A stretch of 58,589 nt of DNA, from contig JAXGNU010000009.1 of the NCBI GenBank assembly GCA_040767805.1, positions 1 to 58,589 on the forward strand, in the 5' to 3' direction. Shown here one piece after another: positions 26,726 to 36,235 of this stretch. A model generated the notes under the pieces. The model made no database searches, was not told the DNA's origin, and saw only the letters and a program-made list of their open reading frames with translations. How positions within the stretch are numbered: position 1 is the first letter of the stretch; every line of letters begins with the position of its first letter. The translations under genes and the position numbers were made by a program. The DNA is from Thermovirgaceae bacterium. GTDB lineage: Bacteria; Synergistota; Synergistia; Synergistales; Thermovirgaceae.

Positions 26726-28481
26726 GGTTTTCCCCGAACTGGAGGCAGCAAAGCCTGGCGTAGAGTCCCCCGGAACGCTTCAGCTCCTCGTGGGTGCCCT
26801 CCTCGACGATCCTCCCCCGGTCTACGACCAAGATGCGGTCGGCCTCCCTGACGGTGGCGAGCCTGTGAGCGATCACGATCGAAGTCCTGCCCGACGCGGC
26901 TTTCTTCATGGCCTCCTGGATCTCCTGCTCCACGGCGGCGTCGAGGGAGGAAGTGGCCTCGTCCATGATGAGTATCCTGGGGTTCCTGACGATGGCCCTG
27001 GCGATAGCGACCCTCTGGCGCTGGCCGCCGCTGAGGGTGACGCCCCGCTCACCCACCTCGGTGTTGAAACCCCCCGGCAGCGACAGGACGAAATCGTGAA
27101 TCCCCGCCACCCTGGCCGCCTCCTCGATGTCAACCTCGGAAAGGTCCTCGCACCCGTAGGCGATGTTGAAGGCGATGCTGCCCTTCAAAAGGACGGGGTC
27201 CTGGGGGACGACGCCGACTTTCCTCCTCAGCCCCTTGAGGTCGAGCTTCCTTATGTCCTTCCCGTCGATGAGGACGGCGCCTTCCTGGGGGTCGTAGAAA
27301 CGGGTGATGAGGTCGGCGATGGTCGATTTGCCCGCCCCGGTGGGCCCCACGATGGCGACCCTTTCGCCGGGGAGGACCCGGAAGGTAACGTCTGCCAGGA
27401 CCCAGGCGCCCTCGTTGTAGGCGAAGGAGACACCCTCGAAGGCGACCTCCCCCCGGATATCATCGACCCTTTCGGGGTGCTTGGGGGGCTTGACCTCGCT
27501 CTCCACATCGAGGATCTCGAAGACCCTGTCGGCGGCGGCCAACCCCTGCTGCACCTGGGCCACCACCCTCGAGAAGACCCGGACGGGCTGGACGAGCAGG
27601 GCCAGGTAGCCAAGGAAGGCGATGAGTTCGCCCGGCGATAGTTCACCGGCGACCACCAGCCTCCCGCCGAACCACAGGATCACCGCCAACGCCGTTATGA
27701 GGATGACCTCCACTATCCCCGTCAGGGCGGCGTTGGTCTGCACCCCCCTCATCAGGGCCCTGAAGTGGGCGTTGCTCTGCGATTCGAAGCGGCCGTATTC
27801 CTGCTCCTCGGTGGCGAAGAGGCGTACTATCCGTATCGCCGAAAGGGCCTCGGCAGCGATGGCCGAAAGCCCGGCCAACTGCTGCTGGACGTCGTGCCCG
27901 ACGACCCTGAGCCGCCTGGAGGCCGCGTCCAGCACAAGGGCGGCCAGAGGAAGGACGAGGAAGGACAGGAGGGAGAGCTTCCAGTTTATGTAGAGCAGGA
28001 AGGCGATCATCCCTGCGAAACTGATCCCCTGGACGACGATATCGATGAACACCGTGGTTATCATCCCCTGCAGGATGGTGACGTCGTTCGTTATCCTGGA
28101 GAGCATCTCGCCGATCCGTTTGCCGTAAAGGTAACGGAAGGACATCCTCTGCATGTGGTCGTAGAGCTGGAGCCTCAAGTCGACCACCACCCGCTGCCCC
28201 ACCCAGTTCATCAGGTACTGCTGGCCGTAGAAGAAGATGCTTTTCGCGAAGTAAAGGAGCACCAGCCCCACGGCGACGAGGTTCAGCATGACCATGTCCC
28301 TGCTTATGAGCACATCGTCCACGATGTTCCTGAGGAGCCAGGGGGCCGCGACCGCGCAGGCCGAGGAGAGCACCATGCAGGCGAGGGCGCCCAGTATGCG
28401 ATGGACGTAGGGCCTCGCGTAGGCCAGGAGCCTTGGGTAAGCCCGTTTTCCTGTCTCTTGCCTTTTCTTCAAAGTTCTCAT
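26706..28481 (-). CDS. msbA: lipid A ABC exporter, MsbA-like
   Basis: 6-TM domain + GPTGAGKST, LSGGQRQR, DEATSSLD; embedded in lpx cluster. Confidence 0.88.
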   Translation of the reverse strand: MRTLKKRQETGKRAYPRLLAYARPYVHRILGALACMVLSSACAVAAPWLLRNIVDDVLISRDMVMLNLVAVGLVLLYFAKSIFFYGQQYLMNWVGQRVVVDLRLQLYDHMQRMSFRYLYGKRIGEMLSRITNDVTILQGMITTVFIDIVVQGISFAGMIAFLLYINWKLSLLSFLVLPLAALVLDAASRRLRVVGHDVQQQLAGLSAIAAEALSAIRIVRLFATEEQEYGRFESQSNAHFRALMRGVQTNAALTGIVEVILITALAVILWFGGRLVVAGELSPGELIAFLGYLALLVQPVRVFSRVVAQVQQGLAAADRVFEILDVESEVKPPKHPERVDDIRGEVAFEGVSFAYNEGAWVLADVTFRVLPGERVAIVGPTGAGKSTIADLITRFYDPQEGAVLIDGKDIRKLDLKGLRRKVGVVPQDPVLLKGSIAFNIAYGCEDLSEVDIEEAARVAGIHDFVLSLPGGFNTEVGERGVTLSGGQRQRVAIARAIVRNPRILIMDEATSSLDAAVEQEIQEAMKKAASGRTSIVIAHRLATVREADRILVVDRGRIVEEGTHEELKRSGGLYARLCCLQFGENHGSAAE

Positions 28482-29578
28482 CCCACCAACCCGGATATTC
28501 GCGCCGCTACCCTGCCGGCGGCCCCCGGGGAACGAGGGATCCCCTCCAAGCCGAAGCGGATCTCCCTGAGCCCGGCCTCGTCACCCAGGAGCGCCACCGC
28601 CCGGTCCGCGACCTCGACGGCTGTTATGTCGCCCACCATTTCCGGCATGATCTCCTGGCCCGTTATGCGGTTGGGCCAGGCCAGGAAGCCCCTCTTTCCG
28701 CTTCGTCGGCGGAGCACCCTTTCCTTGAGGGCCGTGCCCGCGACAGGCAACGAGCCCAGGAGCCCCAAAAACCCGGGAAGGGGGACCCGCTTGAGGAAAA
28801 CGAAGGGTACGACCACTATTCCGGGGACAAGGCTGTAGGCCAGTTCCAGGGTGTTCGTGCCCGGCTGGGTGACGGCGAGGTCCGCTCCTTTAAGAATGCT
28901 CCCCGTGGGGGCGGCCACCGCCCTCAAGACCGGGGACCCCCATCTCTCCGCTTCCCCGGGTTCGGAAAAGGGGGAGAGGGCCACGACGGTCTCCGAGCGG
29001 GGCAGTAGTTCCCTTATCCTGCCGGCCAATTCCGTGATGAAGGGTAAAGCCGCGGAACGGATCACCCCGCGGCTCCCCGGGAAGAGGACGATCCTTGGGC
29101 TCCGCCCCGGGGTCCACCGGAATTCGCTTCGCTCCATCGCCAGGGCGTCGGCGACGAGGTCGCCGACGATCAATAGCTTATCACGGAGGGCGCCCCCGAA
29201 TTGGAGCGTCTCTTCGAAAGCCGAAAAGACTCCGTCGCACCGGGCGAGCAGGGGCTTGGGGCCGTAAGTGTAGCAGAAGAGGGGCGCCCTGTTCCTGGCG
29301 GAGAAGGCCAGGCCGAAAAGCAGGTCGCCGCCCAACTGCAGGATTGCGTCGTAACCGCCCCCCCTCTTCCCGGCGAGGGCGGCGAATACGGACATCGGCG
29401 GGTCGACCCCGCCCTCGACCATGCCGTCCGCAATGTCCCTTTCTTTGCCTGAAGCGTACTGGCAGGGGAGGAGCCTCAAGGAGACCTCGAAACCGCGCTC
29501 ACCCAGGGCTGGTATCATCGGCCTCGCCCAGCACCAGAGTTCCCCCGGGCCGTTGGCCAGGAGCAGGATCCTCTTCAT
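28478..29578 (-). CDS. lipid-A-disaccharide-synthase (LpxB)-like protein, second paralog
   Basis: MKRILLLANGPGELW...LQLGGD...VGDLVAD...LFPGSR...TQPGTNTLEL...LAWPN; start ATG 29578 overlapping lpxB stop. Confidence 0.75.
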   Translation of the reverse strand: MKRILLLANGPGELWCWARPMIPALGERGFEVSLRLLPCQYASGKERDIADGMVEGGVDPPMSVFAALAGKRGGGYDAILQLGGDLLFGLAFSARNRAPLFCYTYGPKPLLARCDGVFSAFEETLQFGGALRDKLLIVGDLVADALAMERSEFRWTPGRSPRIVLFPGSRGVIRSAALPFITELAGRIRELLPRSETVVALSPFSEPGEAERWGSPVLRAVAAPTGSILKGADLAVTQPGTNTLELAYSLVPGIVVVPFVFLKRVPLPGFLGLLGSLPVAGTALKERVLRRRSGKRGFLAWPNRITGQEIMPEMVGDITAVEVADRAVALLGDEAGLREIRFGLEGIPRSPGAAGRVAARISGLVG

Positions 29579-30714
29579 GACGACAGGGCCTCCAGGATGG
29601 AACCCGCCCAGCACCGGGGGGCGTCGTCTCCATCGAGGGATCGAGCCGCGGTCCTCATCATCCCATCGATCCTTCTCCTGAGGGTCGGGTCGCCGACGTA
29701 ATCGTCGAAATGCCGGAGGACCTTCCCCGGGGTGGCCTCGAACTGGAGTAGTTCCGGGTAGAGGCCGCCCCCCGCCAGGATGTTGGGGATGGAGACCCAC
29801 CTCGTCCTGACGAAGACCTTGTAGGCCAGCCAGGAGCTGAGGGAAGCCCGGTAGAGCACGATCATGTACCTGCCCAACATGAGGGCTTCCACGGCCGCCG
29901 TGCCGCTGGAGCCTATCACAAGCTTGGAAGCGGCCATGAGGGCCGCCCCGGGACCGTCGTAGACATCCCACCGCCGGCATCGGTCCCTGATCATCGCCGA
30001 TGTCTCTACTCTAAGCCCGGGGGCGGCGGAGAAGACAGGGCGGTAACCCCTTGCGGCAAGCCCTTCGGCGGTCTCCAGCAGTACGGGAAGCAGCTTCGAG
30101 ACCTCGCTCTTCCTGCTCCCTGGGAGCAAGGCCACGGTCTTTTCCTTCGGGGAACCCACGTCGGCCGGAACCACGTCCTTCAAGATGCCCGAAAGAGGGT
30201 GCCCGAACCAGCGGCAGGGCACGCCACGGCCCTCGAGAAAGGCGCGTTCGAAATCGAAAAGGGGGAAACACAGGTCGCACAACGCCGCCAAGAGGGATAC
30301 CCTTCCCGGGCGCCAGGCCCAGACGGCCGGCGGGGCGATGTAAAAGATTTTCCCCCGGTACCCCTTTTTTTTCAGGGCCTTGAGAAGGGGCAGGTGGAAA
30401 TCGGGGCTGTCGATGACGACGACCCCCAAGGGGGACCGCTTCAGGACCTCGGCGCAGATCTCCCCTTTTAACCTTACCAGGCGCGGGACGGCTCCCAGTA
30501 CCTCCGTCACGCCCATCAGGGAAAGGGCGCCGCTACCCCAGGCCGCCTCCCCTCCGGCGGAGGCCCCCATGGGGCCCAGCATCCCCCATAGGCCACCCTG
30601 GAATCCTGCGGCCCGGAGGGCATCGATGAGGCTTTTTGAGTACTGGTCCCCCGAAGCCTCACCGCAGCTTACGAAGAGGGAACCGGGACCACGCCGGTCA
30701 CCGCTATCTCCCAT
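29575..30714 (-). CDS. lpxB: lipid-A-disaccharide synthase
   Basis: SCGEASGD, MGVTEVL, IDSPDFH, YIAPPAVWAWRPGR, GHPL, LLPGSRKSE, SGTAAVE, SIPNILAG..YPELLQ. Confidence 0.93.
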   Translation of the reverse strand: MGDSGDRRGPGSLFVSCGEASGDQYSKSLIDALRAAGFQGGLWGMLGPMGASAGGEAAWGSGALSLMGVTEVLGAVPRLVRLKGEICAEVLKRSPLGVVVIDSPDFHLPLLKALKKKGYRGKIFYIAPPAVWAWRPGRVSLLAALCDLCFPLFDFERAFLEGRGVPCRWFGHPLSGILKDVVPADVGSPKEKTVALLPGSRKSEVSKLLPVLLETAEGLAARGYRPVFSAAPGLRVETSAMIRDRCRRWDVYDGPGAALMAASKLVIGSSGTAAVEALMLGRYMIVLYRASLSSWLAYKVFVRTRWVSIPNILAGGGLYPELLQFEATPGKVLRHFDDYVGDPTLRRRIDGMMRTAARSLDGDDAPRCWAGSILEALSS

Positions 30715-31493
30715 ATCTCGGCCCTCTCTCTGAAACGTTCGCCCCCCAGCACGATGGTGCGACCCGCCTCGACGGCCAGGCAGCGCAGGCCCGCTTCGTG
30801 CATCTTCGCCAGCGTCCCGGGCCCGACGACGGGGATGTCGTACCTTTCATCCTGATCGGGGCGCATCAGTTTCACCACTACGCCGCCCCCGGAAATTGAC
30901 CCGGCTCTCCCGATCGTCTCATCGGTGCCCTCCATGGCCTCGACGGCAACGACGGATCTCCCGCTGACCACCACCGTCTGGCCGAAGGACATCGGCACCA
31001 GCGCCGCCGCTATCCGCAGGCCGTAGAGGATGTCTTCCTCCTCGCCGGGGAGAGGCCTCCTGCCGGCAATGGCACCCTTGGGGGCCAGCAGTTCCGGGAT
31101 GATATCACGATAGGGCAAGACCGCGATGCCCCGGGATTCGAAAAATGACACGACCGCACCCAGCAGGGAGTGATCGTCCCTGGAGGGAAGGGACGAGAGG
31201 ATGCCGCGTAAGTCATCATCCAGGAGGTCGGGCCGGAAGATCAGCCCCTTGGGGACGAACCCGGCGAAGACGAGTTTTTTCACTTCCCTGGCCCGGAGCC
31301 CCTCGAGAAGTTCACCGGCGGCGGGCCTCTCGATCCTCGTCACCTCCAGGGCCCACTTTTCCAGGGGCGAAGGGTCCTCCCTGAAGGAGAATATCCGTGG
31401 AGGGCTCCCCTTCTCGGAGAGCCTACGGGCGATCTCGACGGAAAGGTCGCCTTCGCCGGCGAACAACCCGATCGTTTCTTCCAAAGAACCCAC
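30669..31493 (-). CDS. lpxI: UDP-2,3-diacylglucosamine diphosphatase LpxI (DUF1009)
   Basis: IGLFAGEGDL, FGQTVVV, AVEAMEGTD, PDQDERYDIPVVG, LAVEAGRT. Confidence 0.92.
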   Translation of the reverse strand: MGSLEETIGLFAGEGDLSVEIARRLSEKGSPPRIFSFREDPSPLEKWALEVTRIERPAAGELLEGLRAREVKKLVFAGFVPKGLIFRPDLLDDDLRGILSSLPSRDDHSLLGAVVSFFESRGIAVLPYRDIIPELLAPKGAIAGRRPLPGEEEDILYGLRIAAALVPMSFGQTVVVSGRSVVAVEAMEGTDETIGRAGSISGGGVVVKLMRPDQDERYDIPVVGPGTLAKMHEAGLRCLAVEAGRTIVLGGERFRERAEIWEIAVTGVVPVPSS

Positions 31494-31496
31494 CGC

Positions 31497-32615
31497 CTAT
31501 CTGTCGGCGACCCTCACCAGGTAACCGGCGATGATGAGGAAGACCAGGTTCGGCGCCCAGGCCGCGATGACGGGGGGCAGGTAGCCGGCCTCGCCGAATG
31601 AGCGGGAGAAGGACATGAGCACGTAGTAGGCGAACACTATCAGGACGCTCATGGCGAGCCCGACGCCGGCGCCGGATCGGTGGTGCCCTACGCCCAGCGA
31701 CGCCCCGAGGACGGCAAGGATGACGCAGGCCCAGGGCACGGCCAGTTTCAGGTGGAAGAGCACCCTCAGGGGGGCGAGGTTGGCCCCCTGCTTGTTCATG
31801 ACGCTGATATGCCTCCAAAGTTGGAAGGCGCTCATCTCGGCCGGCCTCTGGGATGTCTGGGCGACCTCGGCGGGCGCCAGGTCAAGGGGAAGTTTCTGCC
31901 GGACGAAGGTGAAGAGGAGCTTGACGGTCCGGTCCTTCAGCACCTCGAAGGTCTTCCCGTCCTCGAGCCACCATTCCCCGCCCCTCCAGGTACCCCTGGA
32001 AGCGGTGACGATGCGGCTCATCGCGCCTTCCTCGAACTCCTGCACGACGATGTCCTCCATGGTCCCCAGGTTCTGCCTAAGGCGCGAGATATAAATGACC
32101 CGCCGGAGCTCCCCGTCTCCTTCGTCCCTCAGGAAGACCTTTTCCCTCAAAAGGGTCGGCCGTTCGCGGGCTATCTCGTACCGCATTATGTTGTCGGCGG
32201 CCCTGTTGCTCAAGGGCACGATCGTCTCGTTGAGGAGGATGGCGCCCAGGGAGACCAGCACCGAGGCTGCCAGGACCGGCTTGACGATCCTGCGGAAGGA
32301 GATCCCCGCCGCCCGCAGGGCGACGATCTCGCTCTGCGAGGAGAGCCTGCCGAAGGTCAAAAGCGCCGACAGGAGCGAAGCCATGGGAAGGGTCATCACC
32401 ACCACTTCGGGCAGCTTGTAAACGAAGAGGCGGACCACTACCCCGAGGGCCACACCCTTGTCTATCATGAGGTTGGCGATCTGAAACAGCAGGTCGCCCG
32501 CGACAAGCAGCACCGAAAAGACCAGCACCCCGAAAATGAAGGAGTTGGCCATCTGGGTGACGATGAACCTGTCCAGGATGCTGATGGCGTTCTCTTTCTT
32601 TTTAGACCTGCTCAT
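31497..32615 (-). CDS. LPS export ABC transporter permease, LptF/LptG (YjgP/YjgQ) family
   Basis: ILDRFI, LPMASLLSALLTFGRLSSQSEIVALRAAGIS, AAWAPNLVF. Confidence 0.92.
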   Translation of the reverse strand: MSRSKKKENAISILDRFIVTQMANSFIFGVLVFSVLLVAGDLLFQIANLMIDKGVALGVVVRLFVYKLPEVVVMTLPMASLLSALLTFGRLSSQSEIVALRAAGISFRRIVKPVLAASVLVSLGAILLNETIVPLSNRAADNIMRYEIARERPTLLREKVFLRDEGDGELRRVIYISRLRQNLGTMEDIVVQEFEEGAMSRIVTASRGTWRGGEWWLEDGKTFEVLKDRTVKLLFTFVRQKLPLDLAPAEVAQTSQRPAEMSAFQLWRHISVMNKQGANLAPLRVLFHLKLAVPWACVILAVLGASLGVGHHRSGAGVGLAMSVLIVFAYYVLMSFSRSFGEAGYLPPVIAAWAPNLVFLIIAGYLVRVADR

Positions 32616-33097
32616 TTATCCGCCTTTTCATTGAAGGACAGGATGTCCTCCACGGCATCCCTAACGGCGCCGTAGCCCCCCGGGGCTTCGGTGATTACAT
32701 CGGCGGCCTCTCTCGCCTCGGGGCGGGCGTCGGAAGGGGCGAAACCCCTGCCCGCCCAGGTTATGCATTCCCGGTCGTTCACATCATCGCCGATATAGGC
32801 TATCTCTTCGGGTGAAAGGCCCATTTCCTCCGCGAGCCTCTTCAGTTCCGAGAGTTTGTCCTTGGCGCCCTGGACCACGATCCCTATCCCCAGTTCCTTC
32901 GCCCGCCTCTCGGTGACGGCCGAGTGCCGCCCGCTGATGATCGCGGCCCTGACCCCGGAAGCCGTGAGCCGGGCCACACCGAGGCCGTCTCTGACGTCGA
33001 AGCGCTTGAACTCCCCGCCGTCGCCGTCGAGGAATACGGCGCCGTCGGTCATGGTTCCGTCCACGTCCATGACGAAGAGCCTAATCAACGTGGTCAC
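32612..33097 (-). CDS. kdsC: Kdo 8-phosphate phosphatase (HAD)
   Basis: MDVDGTMTDG, FDVRDGLG, ISGRHS, IGDDVND, GGYGAVRD. Confidence 0.95.
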   Translation of the reverse strand: MTTLIRLFVMDVDGTMTDGAVFLDGDGGEFKRFDVRDGLGVARLTASGVRAAIISGRHSAVTERRAKELGIGIVVQGAKDKLSELKRLAEEMGLSPEEIAYIGDDVNDRECITWAGRGFAPSDARPEAREAADVITEAPGGYGAVRDAVEDILSFNEKADK

Positions 33098-33881
33098 CCC
33101 TGCCGCTCCAGGGCGTGACGCCCCGCTTGGAGGAGCGGATGAAGTCGAGGATCTCCCTTACGTGAGGCCCGGGATCGTCCTGTTCCAGCCTGGCCAGGGC
33201 TTCCCTGTCGATGGAGGAAGAAGGGAAGAGCTCATGGTAGGCCCTCTTGACCTGGAGACGGTCCTCCTGGGAGATCCCCCTCCTCCGGAGGCCCACGACG
33301 TTCAGGCCGTAGATCCTGGCCGGGTGGCCGTCGACGAGGGTGAAGGGAGGTACGTCCTTCACCACTTTCGTCAGGCCCCCGACCATGCAGAGACTCCCCA
33401 CCCTGGTGAACTGGTGGAGGCCGGACATCCCCCCCAGGACGCTGCCGTCGCCCACGCTGGAGTACCCCGAGAGGCCGACGCCGTTCGCCAGGACGCACTC
33501 TTTCCCTATGGAAGAGTTGTGGCCGGCGTGGGAGCCGACCATCATCCAGGTGCCGTCGCCGACGGAGGTGACCGTGTCCTCCCCGCTTCCCCTGTGGACC
33601 GTCACGTTCTCCCGGAGGACCACCCCGTCGCCGATCCTGACGAAGGATCGTTCGCCCTTGAAGGCGAAATCCTGGGGTTCACCGCCGAGGACGACGTTCT
33701 CGAAGATCCTGCACTTTTTGCCCAGCGTCACGTGTTCCAGGATCCTGGCGTAACCCTCGAGCCTCGTCCCTTCGCCGATCTCCACATCGGGGCCTACCAA
33801 GCAAAAAGGGCCTATCCAGACGCCGTCGGCTATCCTGGCCTCCCTGGAGACCTCCGACGTGGGGTGGATGAAAACGCTCAT
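33081..33881 (-). CDS. lpxA: UDP-N-acetylglucosamine acyltransferase
   Basis: IHPTS, hexapeptide repeats, GGEPQDFAFKGE, RENVTVHRG, HQFTRVG, KDVPPF, GLNVVGLRRRG. Confidence 0.96.
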   Translation of the reverse strand: MSVFIHPTSEVSREARIADGVWIGPFCLVGPDVEIGEGTRLEGYARILEHVTLGKKCRIFENVVLGGEPQDFAFKGERSFVRIGDGVVLRENVTVHRGSGEDTVTSVGDGTWMMVGSHAGHNSSIGKECVLANGVGLSGYSSVGDGSVLGGMSGLHQFTRVGSLCMVGGLTKVVKDVPPFTLVDGHPARIYGLNVVGLRRRGISQEDRLQVKRAYHELFPSSSIDREALARLEQDDPGPHVREILDFIRSSKRGVTPWSGRGDHVD

Positions 33882-34324
33882 CCGGCCTCTTCCCCCGTGA
33901 GCCTCGAGGCGATGACGAAACCGAGGACCGCCTCGGCAGCTATGTCACCTTCCACCCTGGCCACGGCCCGGACCTTCCCGACGCGGCCCCGGATCTTCTC
34001 TATCGAGGCTTCGGTGACGAGGCGGTCCCCAGGCACGACGGGCCTCCTGAACCGGGCCTTTTCGACAGAGGTCAAGTACAACACGGAACCCTTCAATTCA
34101 GGCCGCAGGGCGATGAGCATCCCCCCCACCTGGCCCATGGCCTCGAGGATCAGGACGCCGGGCATGACGGGCTCCGAGGGGAAATGGCCCTGGAAGAAGG
34201 GTTCGTTGATGGTGACGTTCTTGTACCCCACGACCCTGTCCTCGCTCATCTCAGTTATCCTGTCGACGAGGAGAAAGGGGTACCGGTGAGGCAGGGCCTC
34301 AAAGATCTTATGGATGTCGAGCAT
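33878..34324 (-). CDS. fabZ: 3-hydroxyacyl-ACP dehydratase
   Basis: LPHRYPFLLVDRI, NEPFFQGHFP, MPGVLILEAMGQ; start reassigned to ATG 34324. Confidence 0.97.
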   Translation of the reverse strand: MLDIHKIFEALPHRYPFLLVDRITEMSEDRVVGYKNVTINEPFFQGHFPSEPVMPGVLILEAMGQVGGMLIALRPELKGSVLYLTSVEKARFRRPVVPGDRLVTEASIEKIRGRVGKVRAVARVEGDIAAEAVLGFVIASRLTGEEAG

Positions 34325-34343
34325 GGCCGTTCTCCTTTCCTGT

Positions 34344-35168
34344 TCAGTGTAAAAGCAGGCTCCTGCGGATCCGTCGGACCAGTTCAAGGTGCATCCGGTG
34401 GCCCGCCCTGTGAGCGATGACCCTCCCCTTGAGAGGCCTCCCAAGGGTGGCAAGGTCCCCGATGAGGTCCAGGACCTTGTGGCGGACGGGCTCCGAGGGC
34501 ACCCGGTATTTCGAGGGTGAGGGGGGGTCACCGTCACCGATCACGAGGACATTTTCCGCCGAGCCGCCGAGGCCGAGCCCCCGCTTCCTGATACCATCGA
34601 TCTCCGACTCCAGGACGAAGGTCCTGGCGGGGGCGATCTCCCCGGCGAAAACGTCGCCGCTGACGCTCCCCTCGTAGACCTGGGCGCCGATGGCCGAAGG
34701 ATCGTAACTGATGGAGCAGGCGATCTCGAATCCTTCCGACGGGATCACCCCCATGTAGCCTCCCCTGGGGCCTCCGAAGGCGATCTCCCTGGCCACGACG
34801 ATGGGGGCTACCTCCAGCCCGGGCTCACGGAGGGGTGCAAGGGCTTCGGCGAAGACCCCGGCGCTCCCGTCCATGGCGGGAATCTCCCGCCCGGACACGG
34901 TCAACAGGGCGCTCCAGATCCCCAGGCCTGCCAGGGCGGCGAGAAGGTGCTCCACCGTCATCACCGTGGACCCGTCGGGGAAGGTCAACGCGGTACCTCT
35001 CGCCGTGCCGTCGGCCGACGCCGACTGGACCGGGTAAACACCGCCCCCGAGGGAGAAGAACAACCCCGGCTCCTCGAAGGGGGCAACCAGGACCTCCGAG
35101 GGCGACCCCGTATGGATCCCCGCTCCCTTGAAGGAGGCTTCGCCCTTTAACCGGAAGAATCCGGTCAT
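34344..35168 (-). CDS. lpxC: UDP-3-O-acyl-N-acetylglucosamine deacetylase
   Basis: [49 protein letters not shown]. Confidence 0.95.
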   Translation of the reverse strand: MTGFFRLKGEASFKGAGIHTGSPSEVLVAPFEEPGLFFSLGGGVYPVQSASADGTARGTALTFPDGSTVMTVEHLLAALAGLGIWSALLTVSGREIPAMDGSAGVFAEALAPLREPGLEVAPIVVAREIAFGGPRGGYMGVIPSEGFEIACSISYDPSAIGAQVYEGSVSGDVFAGEIAPARTFVLESEIDGIRKRGLGLGGSAENVLVIGDGDPPSPSKYRVPSEPVRHKVLDLIGDLATLGRPLKGRVIAHRAGHRMHLELVRRIRRSLLLH

Positions 35169-36205
35169 CGCCCGCCTCTTCCCTTCAGTTCTTGAAGTTC
35201 TCTCTTCAGCCTCCTGATCTCATCGCGCATCTCGGGCAACCTTGCCGTCAGCGCCTGGATCTTCATCTGTTCTCGGTGGTCCCTGGCGGGGAACCCCGAA
35301 ACGGTGGCGCCGGGAGGAACGTCCTTGGTGGCGCCCCCCTCGGCCGCCACCTGGGCCCTCTTACCGATGGTGACATGGTCGGAGACCCCGCTCCTGGCGG
35401 CCATCACGACGCCGTCCTCGAGGACGGCGCTGCCGGCGATGCCCGTCATCGCTACGAGGATGCAGTTTTTCCCGATCCGGGCGTTATGGCCGATATGGAC
35501 GTGGTCGTCTATGACGGTCCCATCGCCGATCACCGTTTCATCGAGGGTCGCCCTATCGATGGTGACACAGGCCCCGACCTCAACCCTATCGCCTATCCTG
35601 ACGCGACCGAGTTGGGGGATCTTCACGTGCCCCCCTTCGAAATCGGGGATAAACCCGAAGCCGTCACAGCCAATCACCGCCCCGGAGTGGATGAGGCAGT
35701 CTTCCCCCACGACGGTCCCGTCCCTCAGAACAGCCCCGGCCTCGATGCGGGTCCTCGCGCCGATGGAAACGTCCGAGCCCAGGTACACCTGGGCCTCCAG
35801 CGCCACCTCATCGCCGATAACGCAGCCCGCCCCCACCAGGCAATGGGGTCCCACGTAAGCCGAGGGGGAAAGGGCCGCGTCGGGAGCGACGACGGACGTC
35901 CCGTGCACGCCCGCCGTGGAGGTCTTCGGTGGTGAAAACAGTTCCAGGACCTGGGCAAAGGCCTTTTCCACGTCGGGGACCTCCACCCCGGTCAGGCCGT
36001 CCGAAGCGCCGCCCATGGGGACGACGACGGCGATGCCGGCCGTCGATGAAACAACCCCTCGCGGGTCCCTGGAAACGATGATCCTGGAGGGGTCCTTCCC
36101 GCCGGGTCCCTGGACACCCCTCACCACGCGCCGACCGTCTCCGAAGGGGCGGCCGCCCAAGATCTCCGCAAGTTCGGCGATGGTGATCCCCTTGATGAAG
36201 TCCAT
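35165..36205 (-). CDS. lpxD: UDP-3-O-(3-hydroxyacyl)glucosamine N-acyltransferase
   Basis: [37 protein letters not shown]. Confidence 0.96.
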   Translation of the reverse strand: MDFIKGITIAELAEILGGRPFGDGRRVVRGVQGPGGKDPSRIIVSRDPRGVVSSTAGIAVVVPMGGASDGLTGVEVPDVEKAFAQVLELFSPPKTSTAGVHGTSVVAPDAALSPSAYVGPHCLVGAGCVIGDEVALEAQVYLGSDVSIGARTRIEAGAVLRDGTVVGEDCLIHSGAVIGCDGFGFIPDFEGGHVKIPQLGRVRIGDRVEVGACVTIDRATLDETVIGDGTVIDDHVHIGHNARIGKNCILVAMTGIAGSAVLEDGVVMAARSGVSDHVTIGKRAQVAAEGGATKDVPPGATVSGFPARDHREQMKIQALTARLPEMRDEIRRLKRELQELKGRGGR

Positions 36206-36235
36206 GGCGTTTCTCCTTTGTAATCCGCGACGGCG

